64,000 nucleotides of DNA from assembly GCA_044222475.1 (NCBI GenBank), contig JBGANF010000001.1, forward strand, positions 96,001 through 160,000, read 5' to 3'. Positions 54,678 to 63,482 of the stretch are shown piece by piece. The notes below the pieces were generated by a model, which saw only the letters and a program-made list of their open reading frames with translations, had not been told where the DNA came from and made no database searches. The translations under genes and the position numbers were made by a program. The stretch is from Polyangiaceae bacterium (GTDB taxonomy: Bacteria; Myxococcota_A; Polyangia; Polyangiales; Polyangiaceae). How positions within the stretch are numbered: position 1 is the first letter of the stretch; each line of letters opens with the position of its first letter.

Positions 54678-55610
54678 ATGAAGACGAAGGTCGCAGTCGT
54701 CGGCGCCGGCACCTGGGGACTCTCGCTCGCGGCGGCGGCCGCTCGCGCCGGGAGCGACGTGTCGATCGTCTCGCGCCGCGCCGAGGGCTCCGCTCCGGAG
54801 GGCGTGCGACGCACGACCGATCTGAAGACCATCCGCGACGCGCGGCTCGTGATCGTGGCGGTGCCTTCGCACGTCGCGCGCGAGGTCGGGCAGGAGATCG
54901 GTGACCACCTCGACGGGCGTCACCTCGTCGTCCACGGCGTGCGCGGTCTCGTCGGCGAAAAGCTCGAGACGGTGTGCGACGTGCTCCGCCACGAGACGCC
55001 GGTGCGCCGGCTCGGCGCGCTGGGCGGTCCTGCGCTGGCCGACGATCTCTTGGCGGGGCGCCCGTCCGTGTTGATCTGCGGCTCGGCCTACCCCGAGGTG
55101 ACGGATGCCGTCGACCAAGCGCTCGGCTGCCGTTCGTGCCGCTTGTACACGACGCCGGATCTTCGCGGGCTCGAGTGGGGCAGCGCGCTCGTCGGCTGCC
55201 TCGCGATCGGGATCGGTTACGCGCAGACGCTGGGGCTGAGCCCCGGGCTCGTCGCGGCGGTCATCACCCGAGCGATCACCGAGGGCTCGCGCATCGCGGC
55301 CGCCGCCGGGGGCGACGAACGTACCCTTTTGGGACTGGCGGGCTACGGCGATCTCCTCGCGTGCATCGCGCAGAAGGAACGCCCCGAGGTGCGGCTCGGC
55401 GCGGCGTTGGCCCAGGGCCGGCCGGTGGCCGAGGCGATCAAGGGAGTCGAGCTGCGCGTCGAAGCGGTGGAGCTCATCCCGCGCATCGCGAAGTGGGCGG
55501 AGGGACAGGGGGTGAAGACCCCGATCTTCAACGCCCTGGCCGACGCCATCTTCGGTCGACGAAGCCCGAGCGAGCTGGTCGAGATCCTGATGACGCGCCC
55601 GAAGGATTGA
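54678..55610 (+). CDS. NAD(P)H-dependent glycerol-3-phosphate dehydrogenase homologue with degenerate catalytic motifs
   Basis: VVGAGTWG, VAVPSH, LGGPALA and GLAGYGDL match the GpsA fold, but the canonical KG, KN and SRN motifs are replaced. Confidence 0.8.
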   Translation: MKTKVAVVGAGTWGLSLAAAAARAGSDVSIVSRRAEGSAPEGVRRTTDLKTIRDARLVIVAVPSHVAREVGQEIGDHLDGRHLVVHGVRGLVGEKLETVCDVLRHETPVRRLGALGGPALADDLLAGRPSVLICGSAYPEVTDAVDQALGCRSCRLYTTPDLRGLEWGSALVGCLAIGIGYAQTLGLSPGLVAAVITRAITEGSRIAAAAGGDERTLLGLAGYGDLLACIAQKERPEVRLGAALAQGRPVAEAIKGVELRVEAVELIPRIAKWAEGQGVKTPIFNALADAIFGRRSPSELVEILMTRPKD

Positions 55611-55656
55611 TGAGCGGGCCGGACCAGAGTCCGTGCATTGGTCGCATCTCGGTCAA

Positions 55657-55734
55657 GCGCCCCGGACTGAAGTCCGGGGCAGCAACGGGCCCAATTCAGT
55701 ACCCGCCCAAAGTCCGCCCAGGAGGGCGGACTCC
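55657..55734 (+). repeat. REP-like double-hairpin element, left copy
   Basis: GCCCCGGACT-GA-AGTCCGGGGC hairpin, linker, then AGTCCGCCC-AGGA-GGGCGGACT hairpin. Confidence 0.85.
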
Positions 55735-55806
55735 CCCTGGCGATGCCAAACCTTCCGTGCGCGGTATGCTCGTACGATGCTCTGTTGAAGCTGCCCCGCA
55801 CGCGCA

Positions 55807-56154
55807 GTGGTCACGGTCGCTTCGGGGGTCACTCTTTGCGACGCGTGCATCGCAGTCTTGGCGCGAGTCGCGTTGCGCGGACCCAGCTCGGCTGGCTCTC
55901 CCGACGTCGTGGACTTCACCGACGCCGCGGCGACGTTCTTCGATGCAGCCCGCTCCTTGGGCGATCTCGCGCGGGCCTATGAAGACATGGGGCTCGAGGA
56001 AGACGCTGCGCGATCCGCGGCCCAAGCGATGAAGTTGGGCGCCGGACCGAGTACGGCACGGCTCGGCGCGGTGGTGTTCCGGTGGCTCGCGCCCAGCGAA
56101 GGTCGCCGTGCACAGCTCAGGCGAATGATCCAAGCAGAGCGCGCGCTGAGCTGA
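55807..56154 (+). CDS. Small protein with CxxC and TPR-like helix pair; 5' end possibly frameshifted (ATG 55766)
   Basis: VVTVASGVTLCDACIAVL...SLGDLARAYEDMGLEEDA. An upstream out-of-frame MLVRCSV plus in-frame SCPARA could supply the first Cys pair of a zinc finger. Confidence 0.5.
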   Translation: MVTVASGVTLCDACIAVLARVALRGPSSAGSPDVVDFTDAAATFFDAARSLGDLARAYEDMGLEEDAARSAAQAMKLGAGPSTARLGAVVFRWLAPSEGRRAQLRRMIQAERALS

Positions 56155-56256
56155 GAACCACTCGGGTCCGAGAGCTTCAGAGCCCGCGCTCCGCGCGGAC
56201 TCCCTATTCGTCCCATATTGGTACACCAAGGATGAACGTCGGAGCTCCATGCAATC

Positions 56257-56334
56257 GGAGCCCGCCCTCCTGGGCGGGCTTTGGTCGAGTATCGCAGCGG
56301 GCCCGTTGCTGCCCCGGACTTCAGTCCGGGGCGC
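56257..56334 (-). repeat. REP-like double-hairpin element, right (inverted) copy
   Basis: 56299-56334 is the exact reverse complement of 55657-55692 (36 bp); second hairpin AGCCCGCCC-AGGA-GGGCGGGCT on the minus strand. Confidence 0.85.
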
Positions 56335-56384
56335 CATGCTGATGACTTCAGTAGAAGAAGGATGTGGTGACGACGGCGAACGCA

Positions 56385-58388
56385 TCACATCGGCGGCGGG
56401 CGCACCGAGCCTCGGGTCGTCGTCTTCAAGCGCTCGCGTACGTCGGCCAGGGCCTCTTGCGCGAGGTAGCCGAGCAGATCCTGTCGCCGATCTTCGAGCG
56501 TCACGTCGGCGATGGTGCGCTTCTCCGACCGGATGAGCTTCATCACGACGTGGAAATCGCCGGACAGCACGAACCCCGCCCGCTGCGCCGTCAGCTCGAC
56601 GCCGCGAATCCACGCCGCGAGATCGACGCGCCCGCCGCCCTTCTCCCACTCGGCCGCCGCCGCCCGCAGCTCCTTCTTCTCGTCCTCGTCCACGTGACGC
56701 GCGAGCTCCTTGCGGAGCTTGGTCACGGCTTCGTTGCTGGCGATCGGAACCTCGGGCAGGGCGAGCTTCACCGTCGCGAGTACCAGATTGGTCAGCTCGG
56801 GTAGCGTCGGATAGAACACGAGCACGTAGTGCTCGGGCCGGTAGTACGTGAGGTGCCGCGCGACGAGGAACGCGAGCTCCGGGACGCTCAGCCCCTTGAG
56901 CACGCTCGGCCCGACCGCGGTCGACGGCTCGTCGACTTGAGCCGCCGCGATCCCGCCGGGCACGTTGTCGAGCACGTAGAGCGCCGGAACCTCGATGCCG
57001 AGGATCTTCGCCGCCCACGCGAACGTGCGCACGATCGTCGCGGTGCTGTTGGGGTCCTGCCTCTTCAGCGCGTCGAGCACGACGAGCCGCTTCTGGTCCT
57101 GCAGCTCCGACACTTTGGCCTTCACCGCCGCCGGTCCGATCGCGCGCAGCATGCGCGCGACGGTGTGGTCGTAACCCGGAGCGCGGAGATCGCGATCCCA
57201 GATCGCGTCGTCGAAGACGGCGCCGGGCCGCATCGATCCGTCGATCTTGAACTGGTCGATGACGAGCTGATGGTCGATCTCGGCCGCGCCGAGCTCTTCG
57301 AGCGCGAGCGCAGTGAGGAAGATGCGATCGCGATCGCCGCGCTTCGAGTGCATCTCGAACAGACGGCGGAACGTCTGCGCGCGCAGGGGCGCGACCTGAG
57401 CCGCGGCGGCGAGCTCGCGCACCGCGTCGTCCACGGTGCCGCGCGCGACGTAGAGCTCGGCGAGGGCGGCGCGGGTGTCGGCGTCTTTGGGGCGGAGCTT
57501 CACCGCGCCTTCCATCGCTTCGACCGCGCCCGGACCGTCACCGAGCTTGTCGCGACGGAGCGTTCCGAGCCGCTTGCAGAGATCGTACGCGCGCTCGACG
57601 TCGCCGCGCTCGGCGTGACGATCGATGAGGCGCGCGTAGACGCGCTCGAGATCGACGAACGCGCCGCTCTTCGTCCGCATCGCGACGAGCGCCGAGAGCG
57701 CCTTCTCGTGGGTCGGATCCTCTTCGAGGGTCGCCTCGAGGAGCGGCACGCCGCGCTTCTCGTCGCGGAGGCGCCCCAAGAGCACGTCCGCCTGAGCGAA
57801 GCGGTGCTTCGCCCGCTCGACGGGATCGGTCTCTTCGGTGCAGAGCGCGCCGTGGAGCTCGGCGACCTTGGGCCACCGTTGGATCTTCTCGTAGAGGGCG
57901 AGCAGCTCGTTCAAGACCTCGACCGCGTCCGAGTGAATCGTCCTCGCGCGTTCGAGCGTCTCGATGGCGTCGCGCGGCTCGTCGAGCTTGTCGCGCTGAG
58001 TCGCTGCGATGCGGCGGAGCTCGATCACCTTCGCGTCGTCGCGATCGAGGTGGTCGACCATGCGCTTGCGCAGGGTGACGACCCGGCGGAAGTCCTTCTC
58101 GGCTTCCGCGAGCTCGACCATCGCGACGAGCGCGGGCTTGTAGCCCGGCATGAGCTTGAGCGCCTTCTCGAAGTTGAGCTCGGCCTCGCGACCTTTGCCC
58201 TGAGCGCGCTTCACCTCGCCGACGCTCGCGTAGATCGACGCCCGCTCGAGCTCCTCGTCGTCGGTGCAGAGCATCAGCGCGCGCTTGTATCCCTCGAGCG
58301 CGGCATCGAGCTCGCCCCGGTTCTTTGCGCCGTCGGCCTCGGTGATGAGGGTGTCGAGATCGAGCGCGTCGTCGTCGTCGTCGGTCAT
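56385..58388 (-). CDS. Tetratricopeptide-repeat protein
   Basis: Many TPR-like units (ALEGYKRAL, AELNFEKALKL, AIETLERARTI, AVEAMEGAVKL) and a non-TPR C-terminal domain. Confidence 0.85.
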   Translation of the reverse strand: MTDDDDDALDLDTLITEADGAKNRGELDAALEGYKRALMLCTDDEELERASIYASVGEVKRAQGKGREAELNFEKALKLMPGYKPALVAMVELAEAEKDFRRVVTLRKRMVDHLDRDDAKVIELRRIAATQRDKLDEPRDAIETLERARTIHSDAVEVLNELLALYEKIQRWPKVAELHGALCTEETDPVERAKHRFAQADVLLGRLRDEKRGVPLLEATLEEDPTHEKALSALVAMRTKSGAFVDLERVYARLIDRHAERGDVERAYDLCKRLGTLRRDKLGDGPGAVEAMEGAVKLRPKDADTRAALAELYVARGTVDDAVRELAAAAQVAPLRAQTFRRLFEMHSKRGDRDRIFLTALALEELGAAEIDHQLVIDQFKIDGSMRPGAVFDDAIWDRDLRAPGYDHTVARMLRAIGPAAVKAKVSELQDQKRLVVLDALKRQDPNSTATIVRTFAWAAKILGIEVPALYVLDNVPGGIAAAQVDEPSTAVGPSVLKGLSVPELAFLVARHLTYYRPEHYVLVFYPTLPELTNLVLATVKLALPEVPIASNEAVTKLRKELARHVDEDEKKELRAAAAEWEKGGGRVDLAAWIRGVELTAQRAGFVLSGDFHVVMKLIRSEKRTIADVTLEDRRQDLLGYLAQEALADVRERLKTTTRGSVRPPPM

Positions 58389-58427
58389 CGCGGGAGGGGA
58401 CGAGCGAGCATAGGCGATTTTCGCGGT

Positions 58428-59306
58428 TCAGAGCAGAGTCACGACGAGGGGGGCGTGATCCGAGGGAAGCACCGGCGTCCCCTCGGGGAGCGCGTCCGGG
58501 TCGAGGAGCCCGTCGTTCAGAAAACGGGCGTTTTGTACCTGTTTCGCGATGCCGGGGGTCAGGAGCACGTGATCGATCGCCGCCGGCGCCCCTCCGTGAA
58601 GGACGCTCCAACGGTCGGCCACGGGCACCCGCAGACCCACGTCTTCGAGCATGCCCTCCCCTTCCCCGAGCACCACCTCGAGCGGGACCGAGCCGCTCAC
58701 GTCGTTGAAGTCGCCGCACACGCAGACGGCGTCCGTCGGCCGGGCGGCGAGGATCTCGTCGATGCCTTTGCGGAGAAAGAGCGCCTCGGCCGCGCGCTGG
58801 ACGAGCGAGCGCAGATCGCCGGCAGCGCGCTCCGCCACCGTCGTCGGCTCGTGGTCCGTGCCGTCGCGCAAGGTGAGCGGCGTCGCGCGGCGCGACTTCC
58901 AGTGGAGGGAGAGGAACGTGATCGGACCGAGGTGTCCGCCGTCGATGCGGACGACGGGGATCGAGCGGCGCAGGCGCAGGCGCGCCCCGAACGGCGCCGG
59001 GTCGTCTTCGTGGAACGCGGGAAACGGAAGCGTCGCCGCGTCGAGCACGGCGACGTCGAGGACCGCACGCTTGCTCGCGATCGCGCACGCGATGCCGCGC
59101 TTGTCGGCGCGACCGACCACCGGGTCCGAGAACCCGCCGCCACTCTTGGCGAGGATCGCGCGGAGCGCGTCGATCGAGCCGACCTCCTGGAACGCGATCA
59201 CGTCGGCGTCGAGGCGACGCACGACCTCGGCGAGAGCGTCGATCTTGCGCTCGTCCTTGGGGTCGAAGAGGTCGAGGAGGTTGTAGGTCGCGACCGTGAG
59301 CGTCAT
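58428..59306 (-). CDS. Endonuclease/exonuclease/phosphatase (EEP) family protein
   Basis: ATYNL, DVIAFQEV, HWKS, GDFND, IDHV and SDHAP motifs. Confidence 0.9.
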   Translation of the reverse strand: MTLTVATYNLLDLFDPKDERKIDALAEVVRRLDADVIAFQEVGSIDALRAILAKSGGGFSDPVVGRADKRGIACAIASKRAVLDVAVLDAATLPFPAFHEDDPAPFGARLRLRRSIPVVRIDGGHLGPITFLSLHWKSRRATPLTLRDGTDHEPTTVAERAAGDLRSLVQRAAEALFLRKGIDEILAARPTDAVCVCGDFNDVSGSVPLEVVLGEGEGMLEDVGLRVPVADRWSVLHGGAPAAIDHVLLTPGIAKQVQNARFLNDGLLDPDALPEGTPVLPSDHAPLVVTLL

Positions 59307-59335
59307 GGCTGGATCCGATGCTAGACTACCCATCG

Positions 59336-60268
59336 ATGGATCTCCCGCGCGACGAATCGCTGAAGTTCCTGGTGTCCCGCTACGCCGGTCTCCTCGCACG
59401 GCACGGCGAAGCGTTCGAGGGCGTCGAGCTCGTGACCCCGACGGCCGAGCACTTCCCCGACGAGTTCGAGCGCGACGCGGACAGCGTGCTCGTCCTCCTG
59501 CATCGGATGGCCAGCTACGCCCCCCTCGACGACGAGATGGACCTCGAGATCGGGTTCTTCGAGCCCGAGGACGTGGAAGGCGGCGGCAAGAGTTGCTCGT
59601 CGGGCGCGTGCGCGACGCCGTCGGCGAAGGTTCGGGTCGACGGAGTGGAGCCCACGAAGACGGGCTATCGCATCCCGATCAACGTCGCCGACACGGGCCA
59701 CCCGACCGCGCTGACGACCGCCCTCGCCCGCAGCGTCGGCGCGATGGTGCTGGCCGAAGCCGAGGAAGAGTTCCCCCGAGCCGACCTCGGCGCCATGAGC
59801 GAGATCGCGGCCGCCGCGTGCGGGCTCGGTCCGCTGCTCCTCGCCGGGTCGCACCTCTACCGAAAGGGTTGCTCGGGCGCGAACGTCCAGACGTACACCG
59901 CTCTCGACGTCGCCGAGACGGCGGTGCTCGTCGCGCTCGCGTGCGCCGTCAACGGCTGGAAGCCGAAGAAGGTCGCCGCCCACCTCGCGCCGACCCAAGC
60001 CGAGCTGTTCGACGAAGCGGTGGCCTGGGTCGAGTCGAACCAGCACCTCGTCGACGCGCTGAAGACCACCCCCGAGTCCCTCGAGGACGGCGTGATGGAG
60101 CTGCGCCCCACGCGGAGTTTCTTCGGGCGGCTCTTCGGCAAGAAGAAGAGCTCTGCCGCCGATCTCGCCGCCGCGCCTTCGTACAAGAAGCGCGAGCGGA
60201 CGCCGGAAGAAGAGCGGCGCCTGGCCGAGGCCAAGGCCCTCGTCGAAGAGGCGCTTTCGGAAGAGTGA
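59336..60268 (+). CDS. Hypothetical protein
   Basis: About 310-aa ORF with normal codon usage. Start placed at ATG 59336, 8 nt after TAGACT; alternative start 59318. Confidence 0.7.
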   Translation: MDLPRDESLKFLVSRYAGLLARHGEAFEGVELVTPTAEHFPDEFERDADSVLVLLHRMASYAPLDDEMDLEIGFFEPEDVEGGGKSCSSGACATPSAKVRVDGVEPTKTGYRIPINVADTGHPTALTTALARSVGAMVLAEAEEEFPRADLGAMSEIAAAACGLGPLLLAGSHLYRKGCSGANVQTYTALDVAETAVLVALACAVNGWKPKKVAAHLAPTQAELFDEAVAWVESNQHLVDALKTTPESLEDGVMELRPTRSFFGRLFGKKKSSAADLAAAPSYKKRERTPEEERRLAEAKALVEEALSEE

Positions 60269-60289
60269 CCGCGTGCTAGCGTCGAATTC

Positions 60290-61975
60290 GTGGAACGCCA
60301 GGCTCCGGTAGCTCCCTCCGACGAGATCGATCTCTACGTCCGAACCTACAACTCTCTGCTTCGTTCGAGCGGCCGGGTCCGCGTCCGCGCGTTCGAAGAG
60401 GCGCACGCGTACAGCGGCTCGTCGTTGCATCCGCGCGCGCTCTCCACCGAGGTCGATGCAGCGGCGTTCGCGTACGCGGCCGCGCGTCTCCCCGCCGAGA
60501 TGCCGGGCGTGTCGCTGCTCGTCCTCGGCCAATCGCACGAGCTGTTCGAGGCCGAGCACTACCCCGTCCGCACGTGGAAGACGACGCGAACGCGAGGTCG
60601 TCGGCGGCCGCTCCGTTGGGACGGCAAGGCCACGCTCGGGGTCTTCATCGCGAGCGTGAGCGACATCGACGATCTCGTGCCGATCGTGACGGCGTACCAG
60701 ATCGAGTGGAACAAGATGCACGCGCGGCTCCGCCACGTCGCCGGTCCCCTCGACGACGCAAAGCTCCGAGAGGCGCTCGCCCTCGACGAAGCCGGCATCG
60801 GCGCGCTCCACGGTGCCTTCGGGGCGCATTTCGCCGCCGGGGTCGAGGCGCTGCGCGCCCACGACTGCGACCTCACGGTGCAGATGCTGGCGTCGTCGTA
60901 CTCGCAGTTCCAGCGCGCGGCGCAGCGCTGGTGGAGCGGCGTCGAGCCGCTGTACCTCCGCGAAGGGACGGTCCGACGGAGGCCGGTCTATTTCGTCTCG
61001 TCGAACACTCACGCGATCGCGAACCTGGTGGGCGGTTACGCCTGGACCCACAAGGACGACATCATGAAGTTCGTCGAGGAGACGAACCCCGAAGGTTTGA
61101 AGGAGGAGCTCGATGCGGCGCTCGCCTCGAAGGACGAAGCCGCGCTCGCGAGCCTCATCCACTACCTGCTGCGCGCCTACATTCACGCCGACCCGACCGG
61201 CAAGCGGATGAGCGCCGTGCGCGAGTTCGAGGCCGAGTGCGGGCTCGTCCATGTGAGCGAGCCCGGCCACATCGACGTGGACGTCCAGATCATCGAGCTC
61301 GGCAAGATCGACACGACCCGCCTCGATCCGCGGCTGATCATGCCCGGCCTCGAGCGCATCACCCGGAGCGACGCGCTCGTCGTCAACATCGACTACCCGT
61401 TGGGGATGGCGGCGTACCACCTGCTCTCGCGCCTCGGTCAGGGCGTCGGCGAGATCCGCGGCGTCTACGTGATGGGCAAGGCGGCGACGCTCAACGGTCG
61501 CGTCGGAGACGTGATGCTGTCAGGGGCCGTCTACGACGAGCACACGCGCAACACGTTCCTGATCGACAACGGCTTCCGCGCGAAGGACGTGCAGCCGTAT
61601 CTGCGGCACGGCACCGTGTTCGACAACCAGTCGGCGCTGACGGTGCGGAGCGCGTTCCTCCAGAACAAGAACTACATGAACGCGTTCTACCGCGACGGGT
61701 ACACAGTGCTCGAGATGGAGGCGGGGCCGTTCCTGGCCGCGATCTACGAGCTCCTCAGCCCGACGCGCGTGCGGACGAACGAGATCGTGAACCTCGCCGG
61801 GAAGGCGCCGTTCGAGATCGGGCTCGTGCACTATGCATCGGATACGCCGTACTCGCGGCGGCAGGAGCTCCTCTCGAAGAGCCTGAGCTACTTCGGCGTG
61901 GACAGCACCTACTCCTGCGCGATCGCGATCGTGCGTCGGATCCTGGAACGAGAGCTGGCGCGTGTGATTCGGTAG
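60290..61975 (+). CDS. Conserved protein with C-terminal nucleoside-phosphorylase-like fold (DUF6909-like)
   Basis: LYVRTYNSLLRSSG N-terminus; GKAATLNGRVGDV, EMEAGP and YASD resemble PNP/UDP-family motifs. The family name is from memory. Confidence 0.65.
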   Translation: MERQAPVAPSDEIDLYVRTYNSLLRSSGRVRVRAFEEAHAYSGSSLHPRALSTEVDAAAFAYAAARLPAEMPGVSLLVLGQSHELFEAEHYPVRTWKTTRTRGRRRPLRWDGKATLGVFIASVSDIDDLVPIVTAYQIEWNKMHARLRHVAGPLDDAKLREALALDEAGIGALHGAFGAHFAAGVEALRAHDCDLTVQMLASSYSQFQRAAQRWWSGVEPLYLREGTVRRRPVYFVSSNTHAIANLVGGYAWTHKDDIMKFVEETNPEGLKEELDAALASKDEAALASLIHYLLRAYIHADPTGKRMSAVREFEAECGLVHVSEPGHIDVDVQIIELGKIDTTRLDPRLIMPGLERITRSDALVVNIDYPLGMAAYHLLSRLGQGVGEIRGVYVMGKAATLNGRVGDVMLSGAVYDEHTRNTFLIDNGFRAKDVQPYLRHGTVFDNQSALTVRSAFLQNKNYMNAFYRDGYTVLEMEAGPFLAAIYELLSPTRVRTNEIVNLAGKAPFEIGLVHYASDTPYSRRQELLSKSLSYFGVDSTYSCAIAIVRRILERELARVIR

Positions 61976-61978
61976 GTG

Positions 61979-62004
61979 GCACCCCGGACTGAAGTCCCGG
62001 GTGC
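61979..62004. repeat. Third, single-hairpin copy of the REP-like element
   Basis: GCACCCCGGACTGAAGTCCCGGGTGC fills the 31-bp gap between convergent genes and shares the CCCCGGACTGAAGTCC core. Confidence 0.8.
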
Positions 62005-62006
62005 TC

Positions 62007-62429
62007 TCACTTCGCGGTCGCCAGCATCAGCGACTTCCACTGCTCGATCGAGAGCTCGGGGTAGATGAAGTCCCCCTCGAAGTTCGTGTGGTGCAGCATC
62101 AGCCGCGCGGCCAGGAAGATCGAGCGCGCGATCGCCTCCGGCTGGGTCGCCGCTTCGAGGTTCCGCGCCTCGGCGCGAATGCCGTCGTGGTGCTTCTTCG
62201 CGACGTCCACTTCGGGCTCGAGCCCGTGGTCGATGAGCTTCGGAAACATCATCGTCTCCTCGTAGTTCATGTGGCGCTCCATCGGACCTCGAAGGAACGC
62301 GAGGAGGCTGTCCTTCTCTCGAACGGCCGCGGCCGGATCGCGCTGGGCGAGCTCCATGAGGTGCCGCGCCATCCCGCGCGCGCGATCCTCGTCGGCGAAG
62401 AGGTCCGCCATCATCTTGTCGAAATCCAT
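62007..62429 (-). CDS. Hemerythrin-like domain protein
   Basis: HMNYEETMMFP, HH and HHTNFEGDFIYP (HxxxE) motifs. Confidence 0.75.
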   Translation of the reverse strand: MDFDKMMADLFADEDRARGMARHLMELAQRDPAAAVREKDSLLAFLRGPMERHMNYEETMMFPKLIDHGLEPEVDVAKKHHDGIRAEARNLEAATQPEAIARSIFLAARLMLHHTNFEGDFIYPELSIEQWKSLMLATAK

Positions 62430-62453
62430 GGCCGTGGCGTAGCACAGTCGCGG

Positions 62454-63431
62454 TCAGCCGGGGACGAGGACGATCTTGCCCACCGTCGCACGAGCCTCCA
62501 TCGCGCGGTGCGCCTCGACGACGTCGGCAAAGCGATAGGTCTTCGCTCTCACGACGCGGACGCTTCGCTCGACGACCCACCGCGCGAGCTCCGCGATCTG
62601 GGGCGCGCAGAGGTCGACCTGATCGATGAGGGGGGTGAGGTAGTAGCCGCTCACGGCGAGGTTCTTGGTCATCAGACCCACCGGCTCGACCGTGCCGCGG
62701 AGCTGCCCGCTGGCCGCGCCGTAGACGATCATGCGTCCGAACGGCGCGAGGCACGCGAGGTTGCGTTTGTACTGCTCCGCGCCGCCGACCATCTCGAGCA
62801 CGAGATCCACGCCGCGCTTGCTCGCGCCCTTCACCGACTGAACGAAATCGTCCTTCGTGGCGTCCACGACGAGGTCGGCGCCGAGCTCGCGCACGAGGCC
62901 CATCTTCTCGGCCGAGCCGACGGTGCCGACGACGAATGACGCGCCCATCTGCTTGGCGAGCTGCACCGCGAACGTCCCGACGCCGCCGGCCGCGGCGTGG
63001 ACCAGCACCTTCTCGCCCTTCGCCATGCGCCCGAGCAGCCGGAGCACGTGCATCGCGGTCAGCCCCTGAACCGGGAGCGACGCCGCGTCCTCGAACGAGA
63101 GCCCGTTCGGCATCGGGTACACGTGCTCGGCACGCGCGACCATGACCTCGGCGTAGGCGTTCCCGCCGAGCGCCATCACCGGGTCGCCCACCGCGATCCC
63201 GGTGACGCCTTCGCCGAGCGCGATCACCTCGCCCGATGCCTCCATCCCGGCGATCTGCGGGAAATTCGGCTTGATGAAGTACTCGCCCTTTCGAAAATGA
63301 CCGTCGGCCCAGTTCACGCCGACGGCGCGGACTCGAAGGGCGACCTGACCGGGTTTGGGGGCGGGCTCCGGGACTTCGTCGACGACCATCACCTCGGGGC
63401 CGCCGAGCGAGTGAAAGCGAACGGCTCGCAT
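62454..63431 (-). CDS. NADPH:quinone oxidoreductase (zeta-crystallin/MDR family)
   Basis: VRAVGVNWAD, GMEASG, VLVHAAAGGVG and GKIVL motifs. Confidence 0.92.
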   Translation of the reverse strand: MRAVRFHSLGGPEVMVVDEVPEPAPKPGQVALRVRAVGVNWADGHFRKGEYFIKPNFPQIAGMEASGEVIALGEGVTGIAVGDPVMALGGNAYAEVMVARAEHVYPMPNGLSFEDAASLPVQGLTAMHVLRLLGRMAKGEKVLVHAAAGGVGTFAVQLAKQMGASFVVGTVGSAEKMGLVRELGADLVVDATKDDFVQSVKGASKRGVDLVLEMVGGAEQYKRNLACLAPFGRMIVYGAASGQLRGTVEPVGLMTKNLAVSGYYLTPLIDQVDLCAPQIAELARWVVERSVRVVRAKTYRFADVVEAHRAMEARATVGKIVLVPG

Positions 63432-63482
63432 GAACCACGCATCATCGCACGTTTCCGGCCCGGCCGGAGTATCCTGCGGGTC

